IMG/VR virus record: IMGVR_UViG_3300017767_000005 | DNA: 64,000 nt | Reading direction: 5' to 3' (one strand) | Source of the DNA: a virus | Part shown: in pieces, positions 35,801-45,527 of the stretch | How the letters are laid out: every line of letters starts with the position of its first letter | Numbering within the stretch: position 1 is the first letter of the stretch | Translations under genes and position numbers: made by a program | The notes under the pieces: generated by a model | Databases searched by the model: none | The model's input: the letters and a program-made list of their open reading frames with translations, nothing else | What the model was told of the DNA's origin: nothing

Positions 35801-38800
35801 TACATTTCTTACTCTCATTCCATTCGGCCCGACCCCTCCCGAAACCACACCATCATTTACGAAATCAGCCGCACTACAAGTTATGATTTTTGCACCTAAT
35901 CCCGATGTCGATGTCGAAGTGCAAGTTTCAGTTATACCTGTATCTAATTTAGTCGTATAACTATAATAGAATGTTTCTGATGAAGGATTGTCTGAATCCT
36001 TCCCTCTTGTAGCCTTTATCTTACCAAAACCTGTGTCGGGGAATCCGGCTATATCGCTAACAGAAGGTTTAGTTTCTATGACTGTATCTCCGTTTTGTAT
36101 TGTTCTGTTTAATTGAGCCGTTTCGATATACAAGTATCTTGAGTTTTGATGTGGTTGGTGTGGAGAGGCTATGTTTTTTTGAGAAGCGGTTGCTTCTCTC
36201 CAATAACTATCCATCAACACCGGAACACCAAATCCGTTCATTTCCCAATCCGGCAAAGACTTTCTTGTTCCGTATTCTTGACCGCTTTGACCACCATTAA
36301 TAAAAGTATTAAGGTTAAAGAACTTTGAGGAATCCATGATAACGAAAGACCCTCCTTTGTCCTCCCAATTGGCGAAATTGTCATAACCCGAAGCATGGTC
36401 GCTACTACCAACAACTTTCAAGAAGTAAGGGTTGTCAGCATCGCTTGAGTCAAATGTGACATTTGTTGATGGGGTAGTTTCCAAACTTATGTCATTACTA
36501 CTAATCGCGCTTATCTTGTGAACACCTTTGTAGGTAGTATTATTGAATATGTAAATATAGTCACCAACGGCTAAACCACTTACACCTAAAGAAGAAGTAG
36601 CGTGAGCGTATAACTTTAGTGTACCGGAATCATTTTTCATAGCATATCCCGAAGCACTTCTTACTTGTCTAACAGGGTTTGTTCTATCTTCAAGTGGGTA
36701 AGACCAAGCCGCGTCTGTTGAGGGGTCTGTACCATCCATTTCCCACAAATCAAAGTCTGCATCAGCCTTCAAACTTGTGTAAGATTGTCTGTTTCCGTTT
36801 TCATCCATTTGGTCTGCAAACTTTACTTCGACTTCGTAGTTATCTCGATGTGGGGGTAATAGTCCAAACTTAGATTTCCTATAACCACCGTCAGCGTTTG
36901 CATCACCGTTGTTTCTCATGTCCGACCAAAGCAACCAAATGTGCTTGTAATCATCTGATAGTTTCATTGACTCTATCGTAGCACCTGCTGAATGGTCTTT
37001 AGATAATCCACTAACACCTACCAAGTAATCATGCCCATCCCCAACATCGTCAATTACCACACCAAGATATGTGAATGTATCACGGAATCCGTCACTATCT
37101 ATGATTTGTCCTACACCGCTTGTAGCCGACCAACTAACCGTACCTGCATCATCGAAAAACTCTTCTTGAACACGAATCTTGTTTGAAGTAGTAGTTACAT
37201 CTGCGAGTAAAGTAAATGTATTGTTTGCCGCTTCCGGCTCAAACGCATAAATCCCGAAGTGCTTTCTGAACCAACGGGATTTAGCCAAGTCGCGCATCCA
37301 AACTGCATGAATGTTTCTATTTTTGGCTTTTAGAGTCAAAGCACTACTTGTAAAGAATCCTTTGTCGATACAGTAAGTCATACCGGATGAAGATGTATCA
37401 AGGTTTATTCCGGCCCCGCCATAAACTTCAAACCAATAAAACCCTCCTGATTCTTGTATAGCAGTTACTTGCCAAGAGCCTTCAGCACTTGAATTAAACC
37501 CATCATCGGAATGAGTTTCGGGAATAGTAATGTAGTCACCTACTGCTAATTTATTATCAGAACTGCCTCTATGTGGGTGTGCGTCAAACTTAAACCAAGA
37601 AGTATTCATAGCAGTTGTTGAAACACCATCGGGATTACTGTCGTCTATCTGTAATAGTTTTGCATTTGAAGTACCTACATAAGTCGGCCCCGATGTCGCA
37701 ACGGCAACAGGTCTTTCTCTTGTTGGAGTTATGGAAAAAGTAAATGCAGTAGTTATACCGTTCACTGATTTCAAAGTGTATGTGCCGTCATGGTCGCTTG
37801 TTCCATAAACTGTAATGGTGTCACCATTAGATAACCCATGATTAGGTTCTAAGACTAACTCGGTTTGTGAAGAGTTTTTGGTGATACCGATTATAGAATA
37901 ACCTAACCATTCTCTTTCGACATTGTTAGGGCCGAACTCATCTTCGTTGTTATACATCTGTATTAAGTCAGCGTTATACAGTGAAGGTCTTTGGTCGTGT
38001 AATTCGGAATAAGAAGTAGCACTTTCAAACCCTAGAGATTCTATACCTTCTTGTAATTTAGTAGTCCCTAAATACATAGTTTCTGCAAGTTTAGCAACTT
38101 CACTTTTTCTTGAAAGCACGACATCAGAAGAACCTAAACCTACTTGACCTACTTCCCAAGAAGTTATTTGTCTATCCATAACACCAAGACTATCTCTTGC
38201 CGTTACATTTATTGCTCTTGTATTGTCTTTACCCCTTTGTTGTATTTTTACGGAATCTATAACTCCTTGCCAAAGTGGTCTGTCTATGTTACCACTAAAC
38301 ATTAGTAGTTTCCAATCGACTACATCATCATCCAAAAAGAATGAAGTCAAATTGTGTTCGCTATCATCGTCAAGGATTGTTATTCTGCCAAGCGAAGTTG
38401 AATTGACTGTCATATTGCAAGCCCAATCGGTTACGGGTGGTGGCAACTTAGCACCATCGGCAGGGTTTGTAAGAGGAATGTAAAGTGCGGCTCTATCAAT
38501 CATTGTGTGTATGATTGCACCTTCTGATGCGGTGGGGGCGGCAGTAGTGCCGAATAACTCCCATCCGGTCATGTTCTTAGGGAGGAAAGCGGCACTTGTC
38601 GATGTGTCGCTCTTTAGCGTATATCCGCTACTGTACGCACCTGCGGTTGTGTTGGTAGCAGTAACTTCTGTACCGTTGTGATATACTTTGAACTTGTTGT
38701 TTGTGTAATCGAGTTTGAAATCAAAGTCACTGAAAAGCCCTGCGTGGGGTGATATTCCAAGAGGCATACTTTCTTGGTCGGCATCGAAATATGTGTGGTA

Positions 38801-39874
38801 AGAGTCCATACCTGCCGCTACTCCCATTGTGCCGGATGGGTCGAAAGACCATTCAATCGCGGCAGTACCACCACCCGAACCTGTTGTCCCGAATGCTGTG
38901 TTACTTGGAAATCCTACCTTTAGTATATATTGAAGTGATGCACCCAAAGAAGTATCTTGTCCGTCTGTCCTACCCGAAACCGGAGAAGCATTGTAACCGT
39001 TGTATGCTTGGTGTGCAACTCTTATTGTAAAGTATTCTCCGTCACCCCTACTGTTCAATGGTGTGGAACACGCTATAACGGGTCTGTCTGCACCTGTTGG
39101 GCTAACATTGTCTAATCGGTTGTCGTTGTATTGTTTTTGGTATGTAGTTACATTCAAAAACGGTTTTCCACCCGCACTTATCACCGGGTGCCAAATCTTT
39201 TCGGGCTGATTGACAACACTTTGCGCTACTCCCGAACTATTGTAACCATACATTTGAACTCTTTCTCCCATAAAACAACCTGTAAGGTGTGCCGTCTGAT
39301 AGAAATGTGGGTCATTACCTGTTGTTGGGAAACCTACATCACCATCATGCCAATTGTGGCCGTTGAAAGCGTATTTTGCTGACCTTCCGTATGTTGCATC
39401 TGTATCACCTAAAGGAATAAAATACTGTATTGAGGAATCGTGACCGCTACCCAACAACATATAGGTATCATCAGTGCTTGCGACTTGTGCTTTGTTGTAT
39501 CGCGTTCTGTTAGGATGCGCCCATCCCGAAGGATATTGTAATCGAGAGCGACCTTCATACTTTTCTCCTAAAGATAATCTGATTGTGTCTAATGTAGTCC
39601 AATCTGATATACCTTTGTTGTGTAGCAAATATGAATCGGATGAAGCAAACTCATTGTTTGTAACCCTGTCACGAATAGACCATCTGAATCGCGGATTGAG
39701 TGTAGCCTCTCCGTTCATTATGTTTCCGTGATGTGTATTGTTGGTATCGTATGCACCATCGGCAGACGGAGTATTAGTATCGTCTGCTATGCACCTAAGT
39801 CCTTGAAAGTCCTCATAGTAACCGGCCAACCAAAAGCCGTATTTTGCAAATCCTTCCGTACTTGTTCTTGGCAT
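32843..39874 (-). CDS. Giant tail-tip/receptor-binding protein (2343 aa)
   Basis: Directly downstream of the tape measure; beta-rich; hub-like segment LWQGVIDSV...VTARDSL. Confidence 0.8.
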   Translation of the reverse strand: MPRTSTEGFAKYGFWLAGYYEDFQGLRCIADDTNTPSADGAYDTNNTHHGNIMNGEATLNPRFRWSIRDRVTNNEFASSDSYLLHNKGISDWTTLDTIRLSLGEKYEGRSRLQYPSGWAHPNRTRYNKAQVASTDDTYMLLGSGHDSSIQYFIPLGDTDATYGRSAKYAFNGHNWHDGDVGFPTTGNDPHFYQTAHLTGCFMGERVQMYGYNSSGVAQSVVNQPEKIWHPVISAGGKPFLNVTTYQKQYNDNRLDNVSPTGADRPVIACSTPLNSRGDGEYFTIRVAHQAYNGYNASPVSGRTDGQDTSLGASLQYILKVGFPSNTAFGTTGSGGGTAAIEWSFDPSGTMGVAAGMDSYHTYFDADQESMPLGISPHAGLFSDFDFKLDYTNNKFKVYHNGTEVTATNTTAGAYSSGYTLKSDTSTSAAFLPKNMTGWELFGTTAAPTASEGAIIHTMIDRAALYIPLTNPADGAKLPPPVTDWACNMTVNSTSLGRITILDDDSEHNLTSFFLDDDVVDWKLLMFSGNIDRPLWQGVIDSVKIQQRGKDNTRAINVTARDSLGVMDRQITSWEVGQVGLGSSDVVLSRKSEVAKLAETMYLGTTKLQEGIESLGFESATSYSELHDQRPSLYNADLIQMYNNEDEFGPNNVEREWLGYSIIGITKNSSQTELVLEPNHGLSNGDTITVYGTSDHDGTYTLKSVNGITTAFTFSITPTRERPVAVATSGPTYVGTSNAKLLQIDDSNPDGVSTTAMNTSWFKFDAHPHRGSSDNKLAVGDYITIPETHSDDGFNSSAEGSWQVTAIQESGGFYWFEVYGGAGINLDTSSSGMTYCIDKGFFTSSALTLKAKNRNIHAVWMRDLAKSRWFRKHFGIYAFEPEAANNTFTLLADVTTTSNKIRVQEEFFDDAGTVSWSATSGVGQIIDSDGFRDTFTYLGVVIDDVGDGHDYLVGVSGLSKDHSAGATIESMKLSDDYKHIWLLWSDMRNNGDANADGGYRKSKFGLLPPHRDNYEVEVKFADQMDENGNRQSYTSLKADADFDLWEMDGTDPSTDAAWSYPLEDRTNPVRQVRSASGYAMKNDSGTLKLYAHATSSLGVSGLAVGDYIYIFNNTTYKGVHKISAISSNDISLETTPSTNVTFDSSDADNPYFLKVVGSSDHASGYDNFANWEDKGGSFVIMDSSKFFNLNTFINGGQSGQEYGTRKSLPDWEMNGFGVPVLMDSYWREATASQKNIASPHQPHQNSRYLYIETAQLNRTIQNGDTVIETKPSVSDIAGFPDTGFGKIKATRGKDSDNPSSETFYYSYTTKLDTGITETCTSTSTSGLGAKIITCSAADFVNDGVVSGGVGPNGMRVRNVTAKWVAPVLIVDGTNIHVDPAKIVQETGSIRTTVAVNDTISVPQQLAGCYIFSDSGNNYTNDEAYELLVQAGTHPTLRTSGSTTPIAVNAETNSSAKGTSGAFDEVVVMSTLSSRYALRFLTSITGHIETPNIGTYWLHDKMRYMWSFCFSNSWLTQASIPCWYDIGSIPNYYQMTTDGTSSNFDSFGSVIDMRGGKSLLGFVKESAESTGYGYTNTKRLPITYFIGKDNKLEIRPAYNCGEGLTRTSFSSNTLNAKMSGHITNVRVYYNGGASFADFPEPTLNQTYRWKILEIPEATSRNEALSLAQEEYNKAKTKSLSIKGKVLRDETFDDKMLSGGRTGYVADVSRWCERGVTARSVMVASGSLPPAPTQYYNYMWSSPQSGSLFPGMVNALDGHLSSAPANGDTLKRDRFGYGFLPHGAGDGDSVPYNEQYHWWGANSISHAAQMVFIPANCPKASQSYGDNLRMYIALKDGQSGTDIDNAEFTIYISDCQFNNAPNPFTAPVGGATVSYAPQFDVAGSSSTSLNVKYSGLYEIDIPSSYWSSGKPSGAKFVISVDCEYLRALLRRRCGSPTGSGILHNAHDIGLSGISNFATTSADSLFPIGVRQYSNMTGAYDTRNFWYAPRIHIVDDLRWRPATNVTMTDSGLGLSSEPMVIQDIRWQVNQRDVESVELKLERDESKDPGGLASYLYPNTTKAIQSTPYATRGGVSTGGSGHKHIILDAPQNPSPNIPTGAYSGGTFGGAVGSTTYTPPLYQGGTTGFNSQGSFSQNISGNNFNLSTHSNLAGRMDLQDMGSEGSGFTLLGQKKPPVPKNTQRGVEGLDALSTPSSSTATTTNEGFVLPGLVDPDVSDRQTHTQSIKVRVPDDVSDEMVSVDALYTMGGTASSIAVLTVEVECVETSQKQSRTFSIAGNKSNTQVTLMGTIPLQGVVTKGNTVKVSIKRTPGSGDDDASYSSVVIHNVKVNFQRFSTKGKSNSAFNLR

Positions 39875-39894
39875 ACTATCACTTCTCTATACTA

Positions 39895-42800
39895 TTACAA
39901 AGTTAGACCTCTTTCGGCCAACTGCACTTCAACTAATCCTATAATTTGGTCTGCCGCCTGTTGTGTTGTCATACCATTGAAGTGATTTGTCATAATTACT
40001 TCTGTGGTATTAATAAGTGTTTCAACACCTTTGTTGACTACTTGCTTAACCATATCTCCTGTTATGTTACCCTTTGCCATACCGAAGAACATTTCTTCTC
40101 TTGCGTTAGCAAACTCAAATGCCGCCGCTTTAGCCGCTTCGATAGGCCCAATGACATTAGCCGCCATACCATCACCAAAGCCTTCCAAGTCGTCTAATTC
40201 CATTATGTCTGCAATCCTACTAATGAAATCATCAAATGAGGATGCGGCTTTTGCTTGTGCCAAAACAAATCCTTGATATGCGTCGGGAACTTTTTCTCCA
40301 ATCATTTCTTCTAAATCTTCTAAAGCCTCTTTCTTTTCTTTTTCTATCTTACCTACTCTTTCCATATCTTCGGGAACAACCACTTCTCCTAAATCTTTGA
40401 GGAACTCCCAATCTTCATAGAACTCATTATCTTCTTCTGCTATCGCATCAGCCAAACGGTCATCTATGTCATCCATAATTCTTGAGTATTCTTGACCTGC
40501 TTGGTATATTTGTCTTGCTAGTGTTTTGTTTGCTTCAGGACCAATAAGGCTCATACTTGACTCCATATTCATAATGTCTGTTAGGATAGACAAATCTTCC
40601 CTTCTTGCTTTCAATCTTGCTTCTAAGAGTTTTCTGTTTGTGGAATCGGTAGCATCTTCTAACTCTTCCTCCATTTGTTTAACATCTGCTTGTGCCTGTG
40701 CTTGTTGTCCGTATAATTGTTCTAAAGTTAGACCTTCAACGGTTTTTTCGATATTTTGAAATTGGTCGTTTGTGTATGCAACTGTCTGTGCGAAGTTACC
40801 CATATCGCTTTCTGCATCATCAGCCGCTTCTCCAAAGTCGGTGAAGTAAGCAATACCTACTGCCAAACCTGTCAACAACAAACCTATACCTGTTGCAGAA
40901 GTAAGTGCATTTAATGATTTAGCAAGAATACCAACTTTAGGCGCGGCTACTAACGCTTGTTGACCTACTCCCAATATACCTAATCCTAATCTAGTTGCTT
41001 CAGAAGTTGCTTGGAACATTTGAATAGTCATAGGAACCATAGACATCATCATCAGAATCATACCGGCTCTTGCAGACTCTTGACTGTCACCAAACATAGT
41101 GAACATCATCGACATTCCACCCAATATCAAAGAAGTTTTCATGTAAGCACCGTTTAACGCCATTTGACTATTGAATTGTTTGTCTTGAGAGTTTGTGAGA
41201 GCATCTTGTAATGCTATGAACATAGGCATTTGCATTATTATTTCTCTAACTGCGGTTGCTTCCATTTTGTAAGCACCGGCTAATTTCATAGCGGTTGAAG
41301 TAGCAAGACTTTCTAAACCAATAGTTTTCACTTGTGCATTATCTTTGCTTCCTAAGATAGTTATACCTTCCAAATAAGCCAGGTTTAGGATTGCTTGTCC
41401 TTGTGTTGTTTGTTGGGTTTGCCTACCCATCATATTTTCGGCCAAGATGTGCATACCTTGTCTTCTGATAAGACCATCAATTACTGCTATTTCAGTATTG
41501 TAAGTAGCAATTCTTTGTTTGCCTACTTGTTCATTTAATTGATACAAGTTAATGTTATTTTGAAGTATCTGCGCTCTTTCCTGTGATTTTAGATTTATCA
41601 AAGCGGCATTATTTACCAAAACATCATTTATTCTTGCTTCGTTATTTTTTAGGAATAAACCATTATTTATTACTCTATTGATAGATTGTTCGTAGCCTAA
41701 TTCTTGTTGTTTTTGGTGGCTGACATATTTCCCCTTTGACAACATTTCTCCCGCTATTACTCTTTTTGCATCTTCTAAAGTTTTAATTTTGTGCAAAGCC
41801 ACAATTTCAGAATCAAGTGCAGTTAATGTTTGGAATTGTGCTTTTGCTTGGTCTTGCTCTTGTTGTGTACCTATTATATTCAATAGGTTTACTTTTTCCC
41901 TGCCTTGTAACTCTTGTTGCAAACCTTGAGTCATTTGTTGACTTCTTTGTTGTAGTCGAGCCATTTCGTTTGAATCAATAATGTTTTGTTGTAAATTAGT
42001 TTGAGCCAATTGTAACTGTCTTGTTTTTGTCATTTGCGCTCTTACATTTTCTAACCTTGCAATTCTGTCTAACTTGTGTATCTCAGAATCCATCAAAGCA
42101 AGACTTTCTTTTTGTGCGACATTACGGCCACCGTAAGCACTTGCCCTAACGATTTCTTCACCGGACAACGCTCTCATAATTGTTGCCTGTGTTTGCAAAG
42201 ATACATTCAAAGACATAATGTTCAATAGAGCCTCACCTAAAGGCGCATAGGCTCTTACCATTTGTTGAACACCGAATGTTAATTCCATCATAAACTTACC
42301 TGCATCTGTGTTTACCATATCGGCAAACCCTTGATTCATTCTTGTCTGTGCCTTTGTCTGCATTATTGTAAATGGTAGTAAAGCATCACCAACTGCCGCT
42401 TTAGCATTCATCAATTCTGCTTCTGCAATTTTCAATTGATAAACTTGGTCTTGTAACTTTTTGTTAGATTCTTCAGTAGCACTATCTAATCTTCGTTGAG
42501 CCTGTGTGTTTAAGTCGATAGCCCTTGAATGGTTGTTCATTAACTTTAACGCTCTTACATAGTGGTCGTTACCTGCGATAGCCTGTGCTACACGCAGTTT
42601 ATCGGCTTCACTGTTCATAATAGAGGAACGGGTGATATCGCGCATTATATCTTCCATGCTACGCAAGTTTCCTTCTGCATCTTTAGTTGCAATACCAAAC
42701 TCCCCAAGGATTTCAGCATTTTCACCTGTATTAGCACCAAGACGGGCATACATCATACGCAAAGCCCTACCTGCCTTACCTTGCTCTTCACCGGCTTCAA

Positions 42801-43572
42801 TAAGCGTAGCAGACATAGCGGCCATATAGGATATGCTGTCACCTGCTAACTGACCCGAAGATGCGAATTGGTTCATAACATGGGTTATGTGTTGCATTGT
42901 AGCCGCAGAACGGTTTTCAATTGTGTTTAATTCGTCAAGCAATCTTGCGCTATTCTCACGAACTGTATTGGCTTGTTCTTCTGCACTCATTCTCATAAAT
43001 TGAGAACGGGTCAAATCACCATAAAGTGTGTTTGTCTGTTGGTGTAGTTGGATTAACCTTTGCATGGCATCCCCTGTTTCCATACCACCAATCATACCGA
43101 ATTGCATACCTGCGGCAGTAGCCTCCTGTATCGCCTCTCGGCCACCGAATACACCGGATAACTGCGCCATTCTTGCACCTGCTACTTGAGCCTGTGCCGC
43201 ACTGAATCCAAAACTTTCGCCTATGTCGATAATGTTTTGTCGCAAATGTTCAGAACCTTCTATTGTAGCGGCGAACTTTTCAAACTCAAGCCTTGCTTCT
43301 CCTACTTCAACCGAAAGGGGAACGGTTGAATCAACAAGCATTTGCATTTGGTCTGAAATCAAACCTACTGATTCTCCTATACCCGATAAACCGTCAAGTA
43401 TAATCGAATTAACTACACCTATCTTAGCATCAACATCTGCGATTAATCTATCGGCTTGAAACGCACCCACTACATCGAAGAAAACCCTTGATGCACCAGC
43501 ACGAAGTACGACCATAGCCGCCGCAGTAAAAAGTAAAATTACCGGAAAAAGTATTGAAAAAATGTCTATCAT
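39895..43572 (-). CDS. Tail tape measure protein (1225 aa)
   Basis: Helical Ala/Gln-rich; typical GKAGRALRMMYARL core; follows the chaperone genes. Confidence 0.9.
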   Translation of the reverse strand: MIDIFSILFPVILLFTAAAMVVLRAGASRVFFDVVGAFQADRLIADVDAKIGVVNSIILDGLSGIGESVGLISDQMQMLVDSTVPLSVEVGEARLEFEKFAATIEGSEHLRQNIIDIGESFGFSAAQAQVAGARMAQLSGVFGGREAIQEATAAGMQFGMIGGMETGDAMQRLIQLHQQTNTLYGDLTRSQFMRMSAEEQANTVRENSARLLDELNTIENRSAATMQHITHVMNQFASSGQLAGDSISYMAAMSATLIEAGEEQGKAGRALRMMYARLGANTGENAEILGEFGIATKDAEGNLRSMEDIMRDITRSSIMNSEADKLRVAQAIAGNDHYVRALKLMNNHSRAIDLNTQAQRRLDSATEESNKKLQDQVYQLKIAEAELMNAKAAVGDALLPFTIMQTKAQTRMNQGFADMVNTDAGKFMMELTFGVQQMVRAYAPLGEALLNIMSLNVSLQTQATIMRALSGEEIVRASAYGGRNVAQKESLALMDSEIHKLDRIARLENVRAQMTKTRQLQLAQTNLQQNIIDSNEMARLQQRSQQMTQGLQQELQGREKVNLLNIIGTQQEQDQAKAQFQTLTALDSEIVALHKIKTLEDAKRVIAGEMLSKGKYVSHQKQQELGYEQSINRVINNGLFLKNNEARINDVLVNNAALINLKSQERAQILQNNINLYQLNEQVGKQRIATYNTEIAVIDGLIRRQGMHILAENMMGRQTQQTTQGQAILNLAYLEGITILGSKDNAQVKTIGLESLATSTAMKLAGAYKMEATAVREIIMQMPMFIALQDALTNSQDKQFNSQMALNGAYMKTSLILGGMSMMFTMFGDSQESARAGMILMMMSMVPMTIQMFQATSEATRLGLGILGVGQQALVAAPKVGILAKSLNALTSATGIGLLLTGLAVGIAYFTDFGEAADDAESDMGNFAQTVAYTNDQFQNIEKTVEGLTLEQLYGQQAQAQADVKQMEEELEDATDSTNRKLLEARLKARREDLSILTDIMNMESSMSLIGPEANKTLARQIYQAGQEYSRIMDDIDDRLADAIAEEDNEFYEDWEFLKDLGEVVVPEDMERVGKIEKEKKEALEDLEEMIGEKVPDAYQGFVLAQAKAASSFDDFISRIADIMELDDLEGFGDGMAANVIGPIEAAKAAAFEFANAREEMFFGMAKGNITGDMVKQVVNKGVETLINTTEVIMTNHFNGMTTQQAADQIIGLVEVQLAERGLTL

Positions 43573-43595
43573 ACTTTCACTTTCCTAGACTAATA

Positions 43596-43898
43596 CTACT
43601 GCTTCTCAAAGGCTACGCCCATGCTCTTGAGCATATCTAAGCCTTGACTGTCGCTTAATAATTCCCTTTTGGTTTGTCGTTGTTTTCTGCGAGCGACCAT
43701 ATCTTTACCACTTGTTTTTCTTTGTGATTTGTTGGTGGCTTCTGCTATTCTTTCTTGCATTTCGTTTGCGACATTCAAATCTAAGAGTAATTTTTGCTGA
43801 CCGCCTTCGCAATCATATTTCTCCCATAAATCTGACGGGAGAACCCCTTTGTAGGCCATGCACAAGGAAGGGGCTACTCTTGTGAAGGTTCCAAAGGG
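43596..43898 (-). CDS. Tail assembly chaperone, frameshift-extended part (gpT-like)
   Basis: Open -1 frame from slippery CCCTTTG (43898-43892) to stop at 43596. Confidence 0.75.
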   Translation of the reverse strand, partial: PFGTFTRVAPSLCMAYKGVLPSDLWEKYDCEGGQQKLLLDLNVANEMQERIAEATNKSQRKTSGKDMVARRKQRQTKRELLSDSQGLDMLKSMGVAFEKQ

Positions 43899-44236
43899 AG
43901 TGCGCCTTCGGGGTCGTCACCACGAACAAACCCAAGAATCTTTCTCAATTCAACACTTGTTAAAGTTTCTGCATCGAAATCAGCAGGTTCTATAATACAA
44001 CTTGGAACCCATGCTTTAATTTGGTGTGCCATACCTGCACCCGCTTCATCCATAGCATTTGCAAACTCTTTCGCTTGTTCGGAAGTCCATTCTGCGGGGT
44101 CTGTTCCGAAGTGTATATGGTCACGAAATACCTTCGCTTGTTTATTCTCAATATCCAACTTCTGCAAACCACCTGCTTGACGCACTGTGATTTTCGTTCC
44201 ATCGTCTAACTCAAACTCTTTTGTTAATACCGGCAT
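43874..44236 (-). CDS. Tail assembly chaperone (gpG-like)
   Basis: Lies between tail tube and tape measure; slippery heptamer near the 3' end. Confidence 0.8.
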   Translation of the reverse strand: MPVLTKEFELDDGTKITVRQAGGLQKLDIENKQAKVFRDHIHFGTDPAEWTSEQAKEFANAMDEAGAGMAHQIKAWVPSCIIEPADFDAETLTSVELRKILGFVRGDDPEGALPLEPSQE

Positions 44237-44279
44237 CTTTTTCTCAACTCTTTTTCCTCAAGGGAATACTATACTATAT

Positions 44280-44474
44280 CTATTGGTCCTCGCGAGTAAT
44301 TATACCCATGTAACCTGTTCCGTTGTGGCAAGCAACTACATTAATCGCAATTATTTCATCACTTGCCGCATATGTTCTCAATTTTGTCTGTATGACTGTG
44401 TGAATATCATCGACTGAACCATATACGATTTCTGTCGTCAATTTTGACGGAACTCCGATGGTATGAAGTGGCAA
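44280..44474 (-). CDS. Small tail-module protein
   Basis: GAGGTG SD; 64 aa. Confidence 0.55.
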   Translation of the reverse strand: MPLHTIGVPSKLTTEIVYGSVDDIHTVIQTKLRTYAASDEIIAINVVACHNGTGYMGIITREDQ

Positions 44475-44484
44475 CTAAACCACC

Positions 44485-45477
44485 TCAATACGCGCCCGAT
44501 GTTGTATTTCTCATTACAATATCCATCATCTTTGAATCATCCGGTGAATAAAGTGCAACGAAATTGACTGACATTGTGTTGGTATCTCGACCACTGACAT
44601 TTGCATCTGCGGCTTCAAATCTAATCTTGTAAAAGTTGAATGTTAGAAGGTCTGCGGTTGCGTCGTCACCGAATTGAACCTTCAACTCAATTCCGCTACC
44701 GGACAACTCAAGACCGTCTGCGGTAGTCAATTGTGTGTATGTTGGTTCGCTTTCAACTGCGGAATGGACTACCTTGTTAAACTCGATTGTTCCACTGATT
44801 TCTCTTCGTTGTGCCGGTGGTGCAACAGTGTAAGTAGTGCTACCGAGAGCGCAAGCGTTTTCATCGTCACGATTTAGATTAATGTCAAAACTAATTGACT
44901 TGACTAAAGATGTAGCGGTTGAGTCTGCGTTAAAGAATACCTTAGCGTTAGAGAAGTAAAGTGCCGGTAGTGCATCGGGGAATGTTGGGTTTGTTGTTCC
45001 AGCATTCGCAATTGCGCCAATATCTTCTGAACGACCCATCATACTAAATCCGACTGTTGCGTATTCGTTTAGGCTCGCTGATACAGACATTGAATCGACT
45101 ACTTGACCCTTGTAAAGATGTTCCTTATCTTCACGGCTTACAAGTAGTGTGTAACTAGCAAGTGTTCCCGCTTCTGTAAAGGTGTGTGGATAAAGACCGC
45201 CCGAAATAGAACCTACTGTGTCCGTTCCCATCATACCCATAATTAGGTTTCCTGTGAAATCATCATTGAGCATAGCCATGTTGATGTCACCGGAGGAATA
45301 CTCTTTGCCGGTTACGGTCTTTGCCGCACCATATCTGCTCATATCATCCCTTGTTAGAATGTCATATTGATGTCTGATAGACTCATCATCGACTTCACCA
45401 AACTTGTATGAACCGGATGGTGTGCCATAGGCTGACTCTTTTTTGATTGCGACATATCGGTTGTCAAATGTTCCCAT
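44485..45477 (-). CDS. Major tail tube protein
   Basis: YVAIKKESAYGT, YPHTFT, REISGTIEF; position in operon. Confidence 0.85.
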   Translation of the reverse strand: MGTFDNRYVAIKKESAYGTPSGSYKFGEVDDESIRHQYDILTRDDMSRYGAAKTVTGKEYSSGDINMAMLNDDFTGNLIMGMMGTDTVGSISGGLYPHTFTEAGTLASYTLLVSREDKEHLYKGQVVDSMSVSASLNEYATVGFSMMGRSEDIGAIANAGTTNPTFPDALPALYFSNAKVFFNADSTATSLVKSISFDINLNRDDENACALGSTTYTVAPPAQRREISGTIEFNKVVHSAVESEPTYTQLTTADGLELSGSGIELKVQFGDDATADLLTFNFYKIRFEAADANVSGRDTNTMSVNFVALYSPDDSKMMDIVMRNTTSGAY

Positions 45478-45527
45478 AAAATCACCTTGCTATGATTAAG
45501 CGATATTAGGGTTGATACTTAATACTT

